Below are positions 9,020 through 18,225 of a DNA stretch of 32,000 bases, one piece after another (position 1 is the first letter of the stretch; the number at the start of each line of letters is the position of its first letter). The stretch is from positions 180,001 through 212,000 of the forward strand of contig JAWBCC010000002.1 of NCBI GenBank assembly GCA_038823825.1. The letters run 5' to 3'. Position numbers and translations under genes: made by a program. Below the pieces are notes generated by a model. It was not told the origin of the DNA, searched no databases, and saw nothing but the letters and a program-made list of their open reading frames with translations. This DNA comes from Candidatus Hadarchaeales archaeon (GTDB taxonomy: Archaea > Hadarchaeota > Hadarchaeia > Hadarchaeales > Hadarchaeaceae).

Positions 9020-9664
9020 ATGATCAGGGCTGTTTCCTTCGACATGGATGGCACAATTGTGAACAAAAATTTCGCCAACTCTGTATGGTTTGAGGCAATT
9101 CCGAAACTGTATTCTCAGAGGTGGAAAGTTCCCTTTGAAGTCGCAGTAGAGAAGATCAAGAGGGCATACGATGAGGTCGGCCCGAGGAGACTTGAGTGGT
9201 ATGACATAAAGTATTGGTTTAGGAGATTTGATTTGGGGAATAAATGGGATGAAGTACTTGCGGAGTATAGAAATAGAGCACAGCTATATCCAGATGTTGA
9301 ACCGGTTTTGCAGAGACTTGCCGGGAAATACAAGCTTATCATTGCCACGGCGGCCGCCAAAGAATTCGCTAATATGGCTCTGAACGGTAAACCGATGATG
9401 AGGTTGATATCTGGTGTATTTTCATCAATTTCAGATTTCGGTCAAATCGGAAAAACGCCGGAGTTTTTCAGAAAAGTTTGTGAGAAGATTGGCGTGAAAC
9501 CGAGTGAACTTTTGCATGTTGGAGATCATTTGGAGCATGATGTCATAGCTGCCAGAGAAGCCGGCATCCACGCTATTCTGATAGACAGAGATGGAAAGAA
9601 AGGCATAAAATCTCTTTTCGAGTTAATCGACATACTTTCTAGGTTCGATTCCAAACCTCTTTGA
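9020..9664 (+). CDS. HAD-superfamily hydrolase
   Basis: FDMDGTIVN motif I, LIIATAAAKEF motif II, GKTPEFF..HVGDHLEHDVIAAREAGIHAILIDR motifs III/IV. Confidence 0.92.
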   Translation: MIRAVSFDMDGTIVNKNFANSVWFEAIPKLYSQRWKVPFEVAVEKIKRAYDEVGPRRLEWYDIKYWFRRFDLGNKWDEVLAEYRNRAQLYPDVEPVLQRLAGKYKLIIATAAAKEFANMALNGKPMMRLISGVFSSISDFGQIGKTPEFFRKVCEKIGVKPSELLHVGDHLEHDVIAAREAGIHAILIDRDGKKGIKSLFELIDILSRFDSKPL

Positions 9665-10021
9665 TGCAATTTTCTCAAGTTTCTCGACCTCGGCTTTTCT
9701 AAAGCCTATGTATATTCCGCCTTCTTTTCCGCCAACCCAAGTTCTAGTTTTTTCGCCGGATGCAAGTACCTCTTTAAGGAGTTCGCATTCAATGATGAGG
9801 AATTTTTCTTTTGTTCCTTCGAATTTTATCACTATCCCCTCGGTTGTTCCCGTTATGTTCAAAAATTTTCCGCTTTCCGCCGGCAGAAGTTCGTTCAGTT
9901 TCTCATGCTCTATGTCGAGATGGGTGACTCTGGCGAGCGAATATCCTTTGACATGTATATATACTTCGGCGTCTTCTAGTTCTAAGGTTTTTTCGTTCTT
10001 CAATAGAACCTTACAGTCCAA
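9623..10021 (-). CDS. Uncharacterised conserved-looking protein (132 aa)
   Basis: Uninterrupted ORF starting TTG at 10021 with upstream AGGAAAG; soluble beta-rich composition; no family recognised. The 3' end overlaps the HAD gene by 42 nt. Confidence 0.65.
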   Translation of the reverse strand: MDCKVLLKNEKTLELEDAEVYIHVKGYSLARVTHLDIEHEKLNELLPAESGKFLNITGTTEGIVIKFEGTKEKFLIIECELLKEVLASGEKTRTWVGGKEGGIYIGFRKAEVEKLEKIASKRFGIEPRKYVD

Positions 10022-10071
10022 AGGTATCTTTCCTGGAGCTGGACCAGTCAGTTAATCACCCTTTCCTTATC

Positions 10072-10347
10072 TCACCACCTAATTTCAAAATCATCAAATT
10101 CTCCACTGGGCTTTTCCCATATCACTTTGACATCGTCGACCCTTGCAGCGGGCGGACCTCTCTTGCAAAATTCGATCATTCTTTTTACATTTTCCTCATC
10201 ACCCTCGAAAACAGCTTCTACTCTTCCATCGGGCAGATTCCTTACCCAGCCGACTACTTTTAGCTTCCTCGCGAGCCTTTGAACACTATCTCTAAAAAAG
10301 ACCCCCTGAACTCTTCCAGAGATATATAAATGTGCTCTAACAACCAT
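10072..10347 (-). CDS. acyP: Acylphosphatase
   Basis: [49 protein letters not shown] signature. The ORF opens at 10476, but the family start is the ATG at 10347. Confidence 0.93.
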   Translation of the reverse strand: MVVRAHLYISGRVQGVFFRDSVQRLARKLKVVGWVRNLPDGRVEAVFEGDEENVKRMIEFCKRGPPAARVDDVKVIWEKPSGEFDDFEIRW

Positions 10348-10420
10348 CAATATGTTTTTTGACACAAAACGGGTATATATTTGCGTTTTGAAAACAAGCC
10401 CCGCGATCCATTTATTAATT

Positions 10421-11020
10421 TCATAGAGCTCTTTTGAATGGCTTTTGTTTGGAGATATAGGGATTCCCACATACAAAAAATCTGAGTTTTCTCTGCAAAT
10501 CTTTCTTCACACCGATTCTATGGGACGAACAGATTTCAAGGTTCTTCAAGCCGATTTCGCAAACAATCAGCGGACTTTCAGGCAAAGTTAAATCCACTCC
10601 ATGAAGTTCTTTCGTTATTTTCATCGCCTCAGTGAGTTTTCCTGGTCCTGATGTGAGTTCCAAAATGTTTTGTACTTGTCTTCTCTTAATCATCAATTCG
10701 ATACCGATTGTAGGTTCGATTGCCCTTATGAGAACTGCTCCGGGGATACCCGGTTTTTCTGTCGTTATGTTGAAAAGCCATTTTCCATGAACCATATAAA
10801 TAAACGCTAACCCTCCCCTGCTCCACATTATCTCGTTCAGTTTTGTTTTCTTTTTCGAAGCTCTCGAGGCCGGATCTCCCTTTCCCAAATAAGCTTCAGT
10901 TTCCACGATTATTCCTCCAGTTTCTCCTTCATCGTCACGATGAAGGAGAAGTTTTCCAAGCAATCCCCTTGCGACTTCCGGAGTTTTCCTCTCGTAAAAT
11001 TCTCGCGGCAATATCTTCAT
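10421..11020 (-). CDS. 3-methyladenine (alkyladenine) DNA glycosylase, AAG/MPG family
   Basis: [83 protein letters not shown]. Confidence 0.88.
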   Translation of the reverse strand: MKILPREFYERKTPEVARGLLGKLLLHRDDEGETGGIIVETEAYLGKGDPASRASKKKTKLNEIMWSRGGLAFIYMVHGKWLFNITTEKPGIPGAVLIRAIEPTIGIELMIKRRQVQNILELTSGPGKLTEAMKITKELHGVDLTLPESPLIVCEIGLKNLEICSSHRIGVKKDLQRKLRFFVCGNPYISKQKPFKRAL

Positions 11021-11562
11021 ACCGCAAGATACTTGTCAAGCGTTTTTGATAATTTTTTAAAATCTTCTTCAAGCTCAGATCTAATCTGAGCTCCGTAAAG
11101 TCCTGCGGCGGGATGATAAGAGAGAAAGAGTTTGAAATCGACTCCGGCGTATTTGCATCTGACGATTTTTCCGTGTTCTTTACTTATGCTGACTGGATAT
11201 CCCAGGAGTTCAGAAGCAGAGATTCTCCCGAGGCTTATCACAAGCTCAGGTCTTATTATCGCAAATTGTTTTTCCAGATATTCTTTTGTACACACGTCGA
11301 TCTCGTCTGTCATAGGCTCGCGATTTCCCGGAGGTCTGCACTTTACGACATTCGTGATGTAAACGGAACTCCGTTCTATCCCGGCGAGTTTGAGGAGCTC
11401 CGTGAGCAGCTGTCCGGCAGCCCCGACAAATGGTCTTCCTTGTTTATCTTCATTGAACCCGGGTGCTTCTCCTACCAGCATTATCTTGGTGTTGATCGGG
11501 CCTTCTCCTGGAACTACGTTTGTTCTTGTTTTGTGAAGCCTGCAGAGTCTGCAGTTTTTCAT
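11017..11562 (-). CDS. udg: Uracil-DNA glycosylase, family 4 (Fe-S)
   Basis: CRLCRLHKTRTNVVPGEGP, GEAPGFNEDKQGRPFVGAAGQLL motif A, TNVVKCRPPGNREP, LSYHPAAGLY motif B. Confidence 0.95.
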   Translation of the reverse strand: MKNCRLCRLHKTRTNVVPGEGPINTKIMLVGEAPGFNEDKQGRPFVGAAGQLLTELLKLAGIERSSVYITNVVKCRPPGNREPMTDEIDVCTKEYLEKQFAIIRPELVISLGRISASELLGYPVSISKEHGKIVRCKYAGVDFKLFLSYHPAAGLYGAQIRSELEEDFKKLSKTLDKYLAV

Positions 11563-12104
11563 TCTTTGTTCGAGTTCTTCCGTAGGAATCCCCCGAAGAT
11601 CTGCTCAAGCTTTCCGTGAACGCGTTTAAGAGCCAAAAGATCCTCTCTGCAATGCTGAACGATCTGTCTGCGGGCCTCGAAATTTCCCCTACTTGACATT
11701 TTGAAGAGTGTCCCAACGTCTGCCCCTGAGAAGTTACCCGCTTCCCAAACTCCGAGAAACTTTGCCACAGCCTGCAGACTATTGCTTGAGAGCAGGAGTT
11801 TCGCCTTGCACCACTCGCAAAGATCAAGCATTGGGATCTCCTCAAGCTGGCTCATGTCTAGACCGTGCACAATCCCGCGGGTTATCAAGAATGGGATGTC
11901 AAATCCAGAGCCATACCAAGTGATGATCAGCTCACAGTCTTTCAGCTTATCCTTTAACCAAAGCAAAATTCTTTTCTCTTCTTCTAGAGTCTCCGCAAAC
12001 ACAACTTCTGGTTCGTCTCCGGTCAAAACCCCTATGGCTATGATCATCCCTTCATCGGCTTTCCGCGAAGTAGTCTCGATGTCAAGATAAAGAGTCTTCA
12101 TCAT
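11559..12104 (-). CDS. Predicted DEDD/RNase H-like 3'-5' exonuclease
   Basis: YLDIETT (ExoI), GSGFDIPFL (ExoII-like), HCREDLLALKRVH (ExoIII-like). Confidence 0.8.
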   Translation of the reverse strand: MMKTLYLDIETTSRKADEGMIIAIGVLTGDEPEVVFAETLEEEKRILLWLKDKLKDCELIITWYGSGFDIPFLITRGIVHGLDMSQLEEIPMLDLCEWCKAKLLLSSNSLQAVAKFLGVWEAGNFSGADVGTLFKMSSRGNFEARRQIVQHCREDLLALKRVHGKLEQIFGGFLRKNSNKE

Positions 12105-12105
12105 C

Positions 12106-12516
12106 TCATTCTCCTATGACCATAACAACACATCTTCTGGTTCTTGGTCCGTCTTCCTCGATCACTAGAAAGTTTTGCCAAGTTCCTCTGACAATCTCTC
12201 CGTTGATCACTGGAAGAATCTTGGACGAGCCAATCAAGGCAGATTTTATATGCGCATGAGCGTTGTCATCTATTCTGTCGTGTAAGTAGTCGCCTCTTAC
12301 GGGCACGATCTCGTCCAGCTGGTTGAGAATGTCCTGCTCAAGTCCACTTTCACTCTCGTTGAGGACGAGTGATGCCGTTGCGTGAGGAAGCTGGACTATC
12401 AACAGTCCGTTTTTTATTCCAGATTCTTTTACGAGTTTCACGATTTCGTGGGTTATGTCAACAATTTCCCGCCTTTCTCTGGTTCTAAATGAAAATTCTT
12501 TATGCCACACCTTCAT
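12106..12516 (-). CDS. YjbQ/UPF0047 family protein
   Basis: GLLIVQLPHATASLVLNESESGLEQDIL, HAHIKSALIGSSKILPVINGEIVRGTWQNFLVIEEDGPRTRRCVVMVIG. Confidence 0.93.
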   Translation of the reverse strand: MKVWHKEFSFRTRERREIVDITHEIVKLVKESGIKNGLLIVQLPHATASLVLNESESGLEQDILNQLDEIVPVRGDYLHDRIDDNAHAHIKSALIGSSKILPVINGEIVRGTWQNFLVIEEDGPRTRRCVVMVIGE

Positions 12517-12577
12517 GCCACTCAAAACGAAAAATGCTCGTATCTTATTTAATCCTTAAAGAGGAGGGGAGGGGTGG

Positions 12578-13504
12578 ATGAAAGTATTGGTCACTGGTGG
12601 CGCGGGGTTTATAGGTTCCCATCTCGTCGAGGGTTTGTTGAGTAGGGGATACGAGGTTGTTGTCTTAGACGATTTTTCATCAGGAAAGATCTCAAACCTT
12701 CCAGTTAACATCGGTGAGGATAAACTTCGAATCATTCGAGGAGATGTCAGAAATCGGTTGGATGTGAGAAGAGCAATGGGGGGAGTTTTCGGGGTTATTC
12801 ACACAGCAGCGATTGTGAGTGTCCCATTCTCGGTAGAAAATCCGGAAGTGTCGTGGGATGTCAATGTCGAGGGCACCCGCAATGTTCTGGAGGAAGCCGC
12901 AGTCGAGGGTGTTGAAAAGTTTGTTTTTATATCCTCTTGTGCAGTTTACGGAGAATCTCCAAACCTACCGATTCCCGAATCTAAACCACCATCTCCGCTA
13001 TCCCCCTATGCAAAAACAAAATTAGAAGGGGAGAGGCTCTGTATAAATTTCAGCAAGGGCGGTTTACCAGTTGTAATTCTTCGTTATTTCAACGTTTACG
13101 GGCCACGTCAGCCACCCGGCGAATATGCAGGAGTTATGGTGAAGTTTGCAGAAAAAATAAAAGCCGGAGAACCACCCGTGATTTATGGGGATGGTAAACA
13201 AACAAGAGATTTCATTTTTGTTTCAGATGTGGTTCGTGCAACACTTATGGCGTTTGACAAAATGCCGAAAGGAGAAATAATAAACATCGGAAGCGGAAAG
13301 GCGACAACGATAAACGAGTTGTGTCGCATCTTTCTTAAGTTGTCAGGCAAGGAAAACCTCAAACCGATTCACGCTCCTCCTCGTCCTATGGACATAAGAC
13401 ATAGCTGGGCAGATATTTCGAAGGCTTCCGAATTGTTGGGTTTTAAACCGGAAATCGAAATTGAAGATGGTGTTCGCCGCTTCCTCCGGGAGGTTTGTTT
13501 GTGA
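12578..13504 (+). CDS. NAD-dependent epimerase/dehydratase (nucleotide-sugar epimerase, SDR)
   Basis: VTGGAGFIGSHLVEGLLSRGYEVVVLDDFSSG, SSCAVYGE, SPYAKTKLEGE, YFNVYGPRQ. Strong GGAGGGG upstream. Confidence 0.93.
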   Translation: MKVLVTGGAGFIGSHLVEGLLSRGYEVVVLDDFSSGKISNLPVNIGEDKLRIIRGDVRNRLDVRRAMGGVFGVIHTAAIVSVPFSVENPEVSWDVNVEGTRNVLEEAAVEGVEKFVFISSCAVYGESPNLPIPESKPPSPLSPYAKTKLEGERLCINFSKGGLPVVILRYFNVYGPRQPPGEYAGVMVKFAEKIKAGEPPVIYGDGKQTRDFIFVSDVVRATLMAFDKMPKGEIINIGSGKATTINELCRIFLKLSGKENLKPIHAPPRPMDIRHSWADISKASELLGFKPEIEIEDGVRRFLREVCL

Positions 13505-14169
13505 ATATCTGGATAGTCATTCCAGCTTACAACGAAGAGAAGACGATTGGAGATGTGATAGATTCTCTGAAGGAAAAGGGTTGGAAGAATATAATAGTGG
13601 TGAACGATGGTTCAAAAGACCGTACCGCCGAAATTGCAAAATCGAAAGAAGCAGTTGTTATCTCACATCCTAAGAATATGGGACTCGGGGCAGCCTTGAG
13701 GTCCGGTCTATCTAAGGCACTTGAATTAGGTGCGGATATCGCCGTGACCTTTGACGCCGATGGTCAGCATGACGTATCAGATGTGAAAAAGCTGGTGGAA
13801 GCAGCGAATCATGCAGATCTCGTCATAGGTTATAGACGGATGATAGACATCCCGTTGAACAAGAAGATTGGAAACTTCGTTTTAAACGTTGTCACGAGAG
13901 TGCTTGGGGGACCCTTCACGGATTCGCAGTCTGGTTTGCGTGCCTTGAACAGGCGGGCTCTTCAAAAGATAAAGATAACCTGCGAAAGATATGCAGTATC
14001 TTCCGAAATCCTGATAAGGGCAAGAAAGTCTGGGCTTCGAATATCCGAAGTCCCAGCGATATGCAGGTTTTCTGAATATTCCAAGAAGAAAGGGACGACC
14101 ATCGCCAGTGGCATAAGGATTCTCCTTCATCTGCTTAGGCTAAGGGCTTTCATGATTTCCGGAGGTTAA
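13501..14169 (+). CDS. GT2-family glycosyltransferase (dolichyl-phosphate mannosyltransferase-like)
   Basis: VIPAYNEEKTIGDVID, VVNDGSKDRTAEIA, ADIAVTFDADGQHD, TDSQSGLRALNR. The track starts at TTG 13495; GTG at 13501 is better placed behind GGGAGG and overlaps the upstream stop (GTGA). Confidence 0.9.
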   Translation: MNIWIVIPAYNEEKTIGDVIDSLKEKGWKNIIVVNDGSKDRTAEIAKSKEAVVISHPKNMGLGAALRSGLSKALELGADIAVTFDADGQHDVSDVKKLVEAANHADLVIGYRRMIDIPLNKKIGNFVLNVVTRVLGGPFTDSQSGLRALNRRALQKIKITCERYAVSSEILIRARKSGLRISEVPAICRFSEYSKKKGTTIASGIRILLHLLRLRAFMISGG

Positions 14170-14175
14170 ACGCGA

Positions 14176-16143
14176 TCAAAGGATGTGAGGTAGAAAGAGA
14201 AGGGCGGTCATAGCCATTAGCTTTATCAGAATGTTTAAAGATGGTCCAGCAGTATCTTTGAAAGGATCCCCAACGGTATCTCCGACCACGGCGGCAGCGT
14301 GGGCATCGCTTCCCTTTCCTCCAAAGTTTCCCTCTTCAATGTATTTTTTCGCGTTGTCCCATGCTCCGCCGGAGTTTGCGAGGGTTAAGGCGAGCATGAG
14401 TCCCACCGTCGTGCTCCCAGCCAACAGCCCAGCCACGGATTCCGGTCCTAGAAGGAGACCAAGTATGATGGGCGAAAGTACGGCGATGGAAGCTGGAAGC
14501 GCCATGTTTCTAAGAGCCACACGAGTGCTGATCGTTATGCATCGGTTATAGTCTGGTTTCTTCTTTCCACTCATAATAGCCGGATCTCTGAACTGTCTTC
14601 GCACTTCTTCAACCATCATATATGCTCCTTTACCAACAGCAGACATTGTGAGCGCGCAGAAGAGGAAAGGCAGGGCTCCGCCAATGAAGAGTCCAGCTAC
14701 CACATTCGGTTCTGTTATTGTCAAAGCCAACTGGAACCCTTTTTCCCTCATCGTGTGAACATATGCGGCGAAGAGAGCGAGAGCCGTGAGGGCGGCGGAT
14801 CCTATCGCGAATCCCTTTCCTATCGCTGCCGTTGTGTTCCCAACGGCGTCAAGCTTTTCCGTTCTCTCTCTCACCTCTTGTCCGGCTCCGGTCATCTGAG
14901 CAATTCCAGCAGCATTGTCTGCAACGGGACCGTAGCAGTCTGCTGCTAGCGTGATTCCGAGGGTGCTGAGCATGCCAACACCGGCGATCGCGATCCCGTA
15001 AAGCTCTTGATATTGATAAGAGATGAGCAGCGCGGCGGATATCGTTATCACGGGAATGAAAACGCTCATCATTCCCGTGGAGAAACCGGTCAGAAGGTTT
15101 GTTGCAGCCCCAGTTTTGGAAGCTTCTGCTATGCGTCTGGTCGGACCAAATCTGCTTTCAGTGTAATATTCGGCCGTCAATCCGACGATTATTCCAGCAA
15201 TTATCCCGCTAAGAAACGGAAAGAAAGGCCGAACGTTTTCCACGATTCTCAGAGTGAGGAGAAAAGCAATAGCAGATGTTAAGATAGCGGCTGTGAAGAT
15301 ACCTCTGTTCATCGCTGAATGTAGAGCCCCTATATCTGCTTTTTTTCCTCCCCTCACGAGAAATGAGCCGATGATCGAGCATATTATTCCGACAGCCGCA
15401 TAGAGGAAGGGAAGCGATACATACTCGTGCCCCAACACAAACCCAAGCGTTATCGCACTTATGATGGACCCTACATAAGACTCAAAGAGGTCTGCCCCCA
15501 TTCCGGCAACATCCCCAACGTTGTCTCCAACATTATCTGCGATGACTGCAGGATTTCTTGGATCATCTTCAGGAATCTTTTTTTCGATTTTTCCAACGAG
15601 ATCGGCGCCCATATCTGCCGATTTGGTGTATATGCCTCCGCCAACACGGGCGAAAAGAGCAATCGAGCTGGCTCCAAATCCAAATCCAACGGCAGTGCTC
15701 ACATTTTTAGTTAGGAGATAGATGATGCCTAACCCAGTTAACCCAAGTCCTACAACACACATACCCATGACGAGTCCACTTGCAAAAGCCATGCTTAATC
15801 CTTCTCCGATGCTTCTTTTTGAGGCTTCTGTTGTTCTCGCGTTAGCTTTCGTTGCTATTCTCATTCCTATATTCCCGGCCAAGGCAGAGCAAAGGCCGCC
15901 AAGCAAAAAACTCATGGCAATTTTTATGTCTATCCATGTCAAAACAGCAAAAACCACAATCGCGTAAGCAACGATTATTTTATATTCTTGATTAAGGAAA
16001 GTGAGCGCTCCTCTATAGATTATCTCGGAGATTTCCCGCATTTTCCAGTTTTCAACTTTGTGTTTGAGAATGATCAACGCCCGTATAGTTGCATAAACCA
16101 AAGCAACAACCCCAGTTAGAACGGAGAGAAGAATGTAATCCAA
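14176..16143 (-). CDS. hppA: Membrane-bound ion-translocating pyrophosphatase, K+-dependent sequence type
   Basis: [98 protein letters not shown]. Confidence 0.96.
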   Translation of the reverse strand: MDYILLSVLTGVVALVYATIRALIILKHKVENWKMREISEIIYRGALTFLNQEYKIIVAYAIVVFAVLTWIDIKIAMSFLLGGLCSALAGNIGMRIATKANARTTEASKRSIGEGLSMAFASGLVMGMCVVGLGLTGLGIIYLLTKNVSTAVGFGFGASSIALFARVGGGIYTKSADMGADLVGKIEKKIPEDDPRNPAVIADNVGDNVGDVAGMGADLFESYVGSIISAITLGFVLGHEYVSLPFLYAAVGIICSIIGSFLVRGGKKADIGALHSAMNRGIFTAAILTSAIAFLLTLRIVENVRPFFPFLSGIIAGIIVGLTAEYYTESRFGPTRRIAEASKTGAATNLLTGFSTGMMSVFIPVITISAALLISYQYQELYGIAIAGVGMLSTLGITLAADCYGPVADNAAGIAQMTGAGQEVRERTEKLDAVGNTTAAIGKGFAIGSAALTALALFAAYVHTMREKGFQLALTITEPNVVAGLFIGGALPFLFCALTMSAVGKGAYMMVEEVRRQFRDPAIMSGKKKPDYNRCITISTRVALRNMALPASIAVLSPIILGLLLGPESVAGLLAGSTTVGLMLALTLANSGGAWDNAKKYIEEGNFGGKGSDAHAAAVVGDTVGDPFKDTAGPSLNILIKLMAMTALLFLPHIL

Positions 16144-16146
16144 ATT

Positions 16147-16557
16147 TCATCCCTCCATATAACCTTCAACTTCTAAATGGTTCCTCTGGCGTAAAAATAT
16201 TGTAGGAATACCCATTCTTCTCAATTTTTTTCTGAGTTCTCTGTCTCCAGTACCTACCGCTCTTTTAGCGGCTAGTTTGATTATGACCTCATCCGCCGGA
16301 CCGTCAGCCTTTATCACCTTTCCCCACTTTTTCACGATTTCCAGAGCGATTCTTGCTGCGGCTCTTTCTTTAGCGCTCTTCTTTTCAGCGATTCTCTCCA
16401 ACTCTCCGACCACCGCTGTCGGAACCAAGAGTACAAACTTGCCCTCTGTCACTCTTTCAAGTTCATCGATTATGTTCACCCCATACATTCCCGGAATCAT
16501 CAAAAAGCTCGTGTCAGCAACGACCTCGATCTTCCTTTTGTTAGATAATGACGCCAT
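16147..16557 (-). CDS. PIN-domain protein (FCF1/Utp24-like rRNA-processing nuclease candidate)
   Basis: VVADTSFLMIPG, VPTAVVGELERI, AVGTGDRELRKKLRRMGIPTIFLRQRNHLEVEG. Confidence 0.85.
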   Translation of the reverse strand: MASLSNKRKIEVVADTSFLMIPGMYGVNIIDELERVTEGKFVLLVPTAVVGELERIAEKKSAKERAAARIALEIVKKWGKVIKADGPADEVIIKLAAKRAVGTGDRELRKKLRRMGIPTIFLRQRNHLEVEGYMEG

Positions 16558-17755
16558 ACCCTATCAAACGCCACTTGTTTGCAACTCTTCTGCTGATTGC
16601 TACTCTCCATCCTCTTTCCGCGCATACCGGATATTTCAGACTGACGGTGATCCTTTCTCCTTTGATGTGTGTTATTATACCACTCCTAGTGGCAGTTCCG
16701 ATGTTCACCATCAAAGGCTCGTTCATCGTCAGTGGTTTGACCTCCATCTCCTCCGACAACCCAACAACTCTTTCAAGCAACTTGACTTCGAATTCGATTT
16801 TATCCAAAACTTCAGGCAAGTGTTCGCGAGATCCAAGGACAGACCCCACCAAAGCATCAGCTTTTGTCAGTGAAGGATCCAAATCGGTTCCAACTCCAAT
16901 AAGCCCACCAGGCCCCGCTTCTTCAAGTGGTTCACCCATCGCCTGAAGACTTACGACATTTGTCTCAAGCGGCTGCCAGTATGTTTTTCCACTCTTGGTT
17001 ATTTCAATACCTGGGGCGATCTTTATTTCGTCTCCAATTTTTAGCTTTCCTTGGGTAAGACTTCCTCCGACAATCCCACCAACCAATTTCTCCGGTGGTG
17101 TACCAGGTTTGTTGACATCAAATGATCTTGCCACAAACATCAGCGGAGGCTTAGTTGGGTCTCGCTGTGGAGTTGGTATATATTTTTCTATTGCCTCAAT
17201 GAGCTTATCGATATTCGCCTTGTGTATGGCGGAAACTGGAATTACTGGGGCTTCCGAATATCCCATCTCGTCTAGGAATTTTCTTATTTGCTGGTAATTC
17301 TCTATGACCTTTTCTTTTGGCACAAGCTCGATTTTGTTCTGTGCCACAACTACATTTTTTACTCCTATAATTTTCAGAGCCATGAGATGTTCTTTGGTCT
17401 GTGGTTGAGGACATTTCTCGTTTGCAGCGATCACCAAAACCGCTCCGTCAACTATCGCGGCTCCAGATAGCATCGTCGCCATCAACATCTCGTGACCTGG
17501 AGCGTCAACGAAGGAAACTCTACGTTTCTCAACAGTCTTTTTCCCGCAATATGGGCAGATTTTGCTCGTAGAATACCGCTCACAGGCCAGACAAAAGTAG
17601 AAAATGGTATCCGCGTATCCGAGCTTTATCGTTATTCCCCTCTTCAACTCTTCACTGTGAGTATCCGTCCATATTCCTGTGAGCGCCTCCGTCAGCGTTG
17701 TTTTGCCATGGTCTATGTGTCCAACCATCCCTATGTTTACCTTAGCCTGCGGCAT
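16541..17755 (-). CDS. eif2g: Translation initiation factor aIF2 gamma subunit
   Basis: NIGMVGHIDHGKTTLTEALTG, RGITIKLGYAD, CPYCG, DAPGHEMLMATMLSGAA, AQNKIELV, C-terminal WRLIGYGVI. Confidence 0.97.
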   Translation of the reverse strand: MPQAKVNIGMVGHIDHGKTTLTEALTGIWTDTHSEELKRGITIKLGYADTIFYFCLACERYSTSKICPYCGKKTVEKRRVSFVDAPGHEMLMATMLSGAAIVDGAVLVIAANEKCPQPQTKEHLMALKIIGVKNVVVAQNKIELVPKEKVIENYQQIRKFLDEMGYSEAPVIPVSAIHKANIDKLIEAIEKYIPTPQRDPTKPPLMFVARSFDVNKPGTPPEKLVGGIVGGSLTQGKLKIGDEIKIAPGIEITKSGKTYWQPLETNVVSLQAMGEPLEEAGPGGLIGVGTDLDPSLTKADALVGSVLGSREHLPEVLDKIEFEVKLLERVVGLSEEMEVKPLTMNEPLMVNIGTATRSGIITHIKGERITVSLKYPVCAERGWRVAISRRVANKWRLIGYGVII

Positions 17756-17804
17756 TTACCTTCCCCTTTAACAATACGCTTGAGCTATCCAAAAAAGCAA
17801 GATG

Positions 17805-18185
17805 TTATCCCTCTTTTGGTTTGAATATTTCGTCCAAGGGTTTCTCTCCATATTTTGTGATTTTTGTGTTCACTTGGACGATTGCCTCAGAGATCTGGTT
17901 CCCTCGGACATATTTCCTTCTTCTTTCACCTTTTTTCTTAGGTCGAAATCCTGGCGGGCCCGAGAGCAAAACTTTTTTTCTCCCAGCTCCCGTAACATCT
18001 CGTCTCATCGGGAACCCGTCTTTGTCGGAGCCACCGGTAATCTGCAACTCATAACCTGGTAAACCAAGCAGATTCCCGTCTATTTTATCACCTATCTTCA
18101 TTCCGATCAACTTTTTGCTCTCCGCCTCTCCAAGCTCAATCTGGTAGCTCTTGCCAGTTTTTGGATCAGATATGACGATTTTCAT
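17805..18185 (-). CDS. rps6e: Ribosomal protein eS6
   Basis: [70 protein letters not shown]. Family start is the ATG at 18185 (GGAGAGAAGCT upstream). Confidence 0.96.
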   Translation of the reverse strand: MKIVISDPKTGKSYQIELGEAESKKLIGMKIGDKIDGNLLGLPGYELQITGGSDKDGFPMRRDVTGAGRKKVLLSGPPGFRPKKKGERRRKYVRGNQISEAIVQVNTKITKYGEKPLDEIFKPKEG

Positions 18186-18225
18186 AGCTTCTCTCCGTTC
18201 TTGAACCTCCAAGTTTTTATATTTA

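Noticed and set aside
11113-11619. 168-aa plus-strand ORF antisense to the uracil-DNA glycosylase gene
   Set aside because: Fully antisense to a clear family member; the translation has no recognisable motif and looks like a mirror ORF.
16147-16557. PIN-domain gene as a VapC toxin of a toxin-antitoxin system
   Set aside because: No antitoxin partner; it overlaps aIF2gamma in a conserved translation-gene context and has an FCF1/Utp24-like C-terminus, favouring an RNA-processing role.
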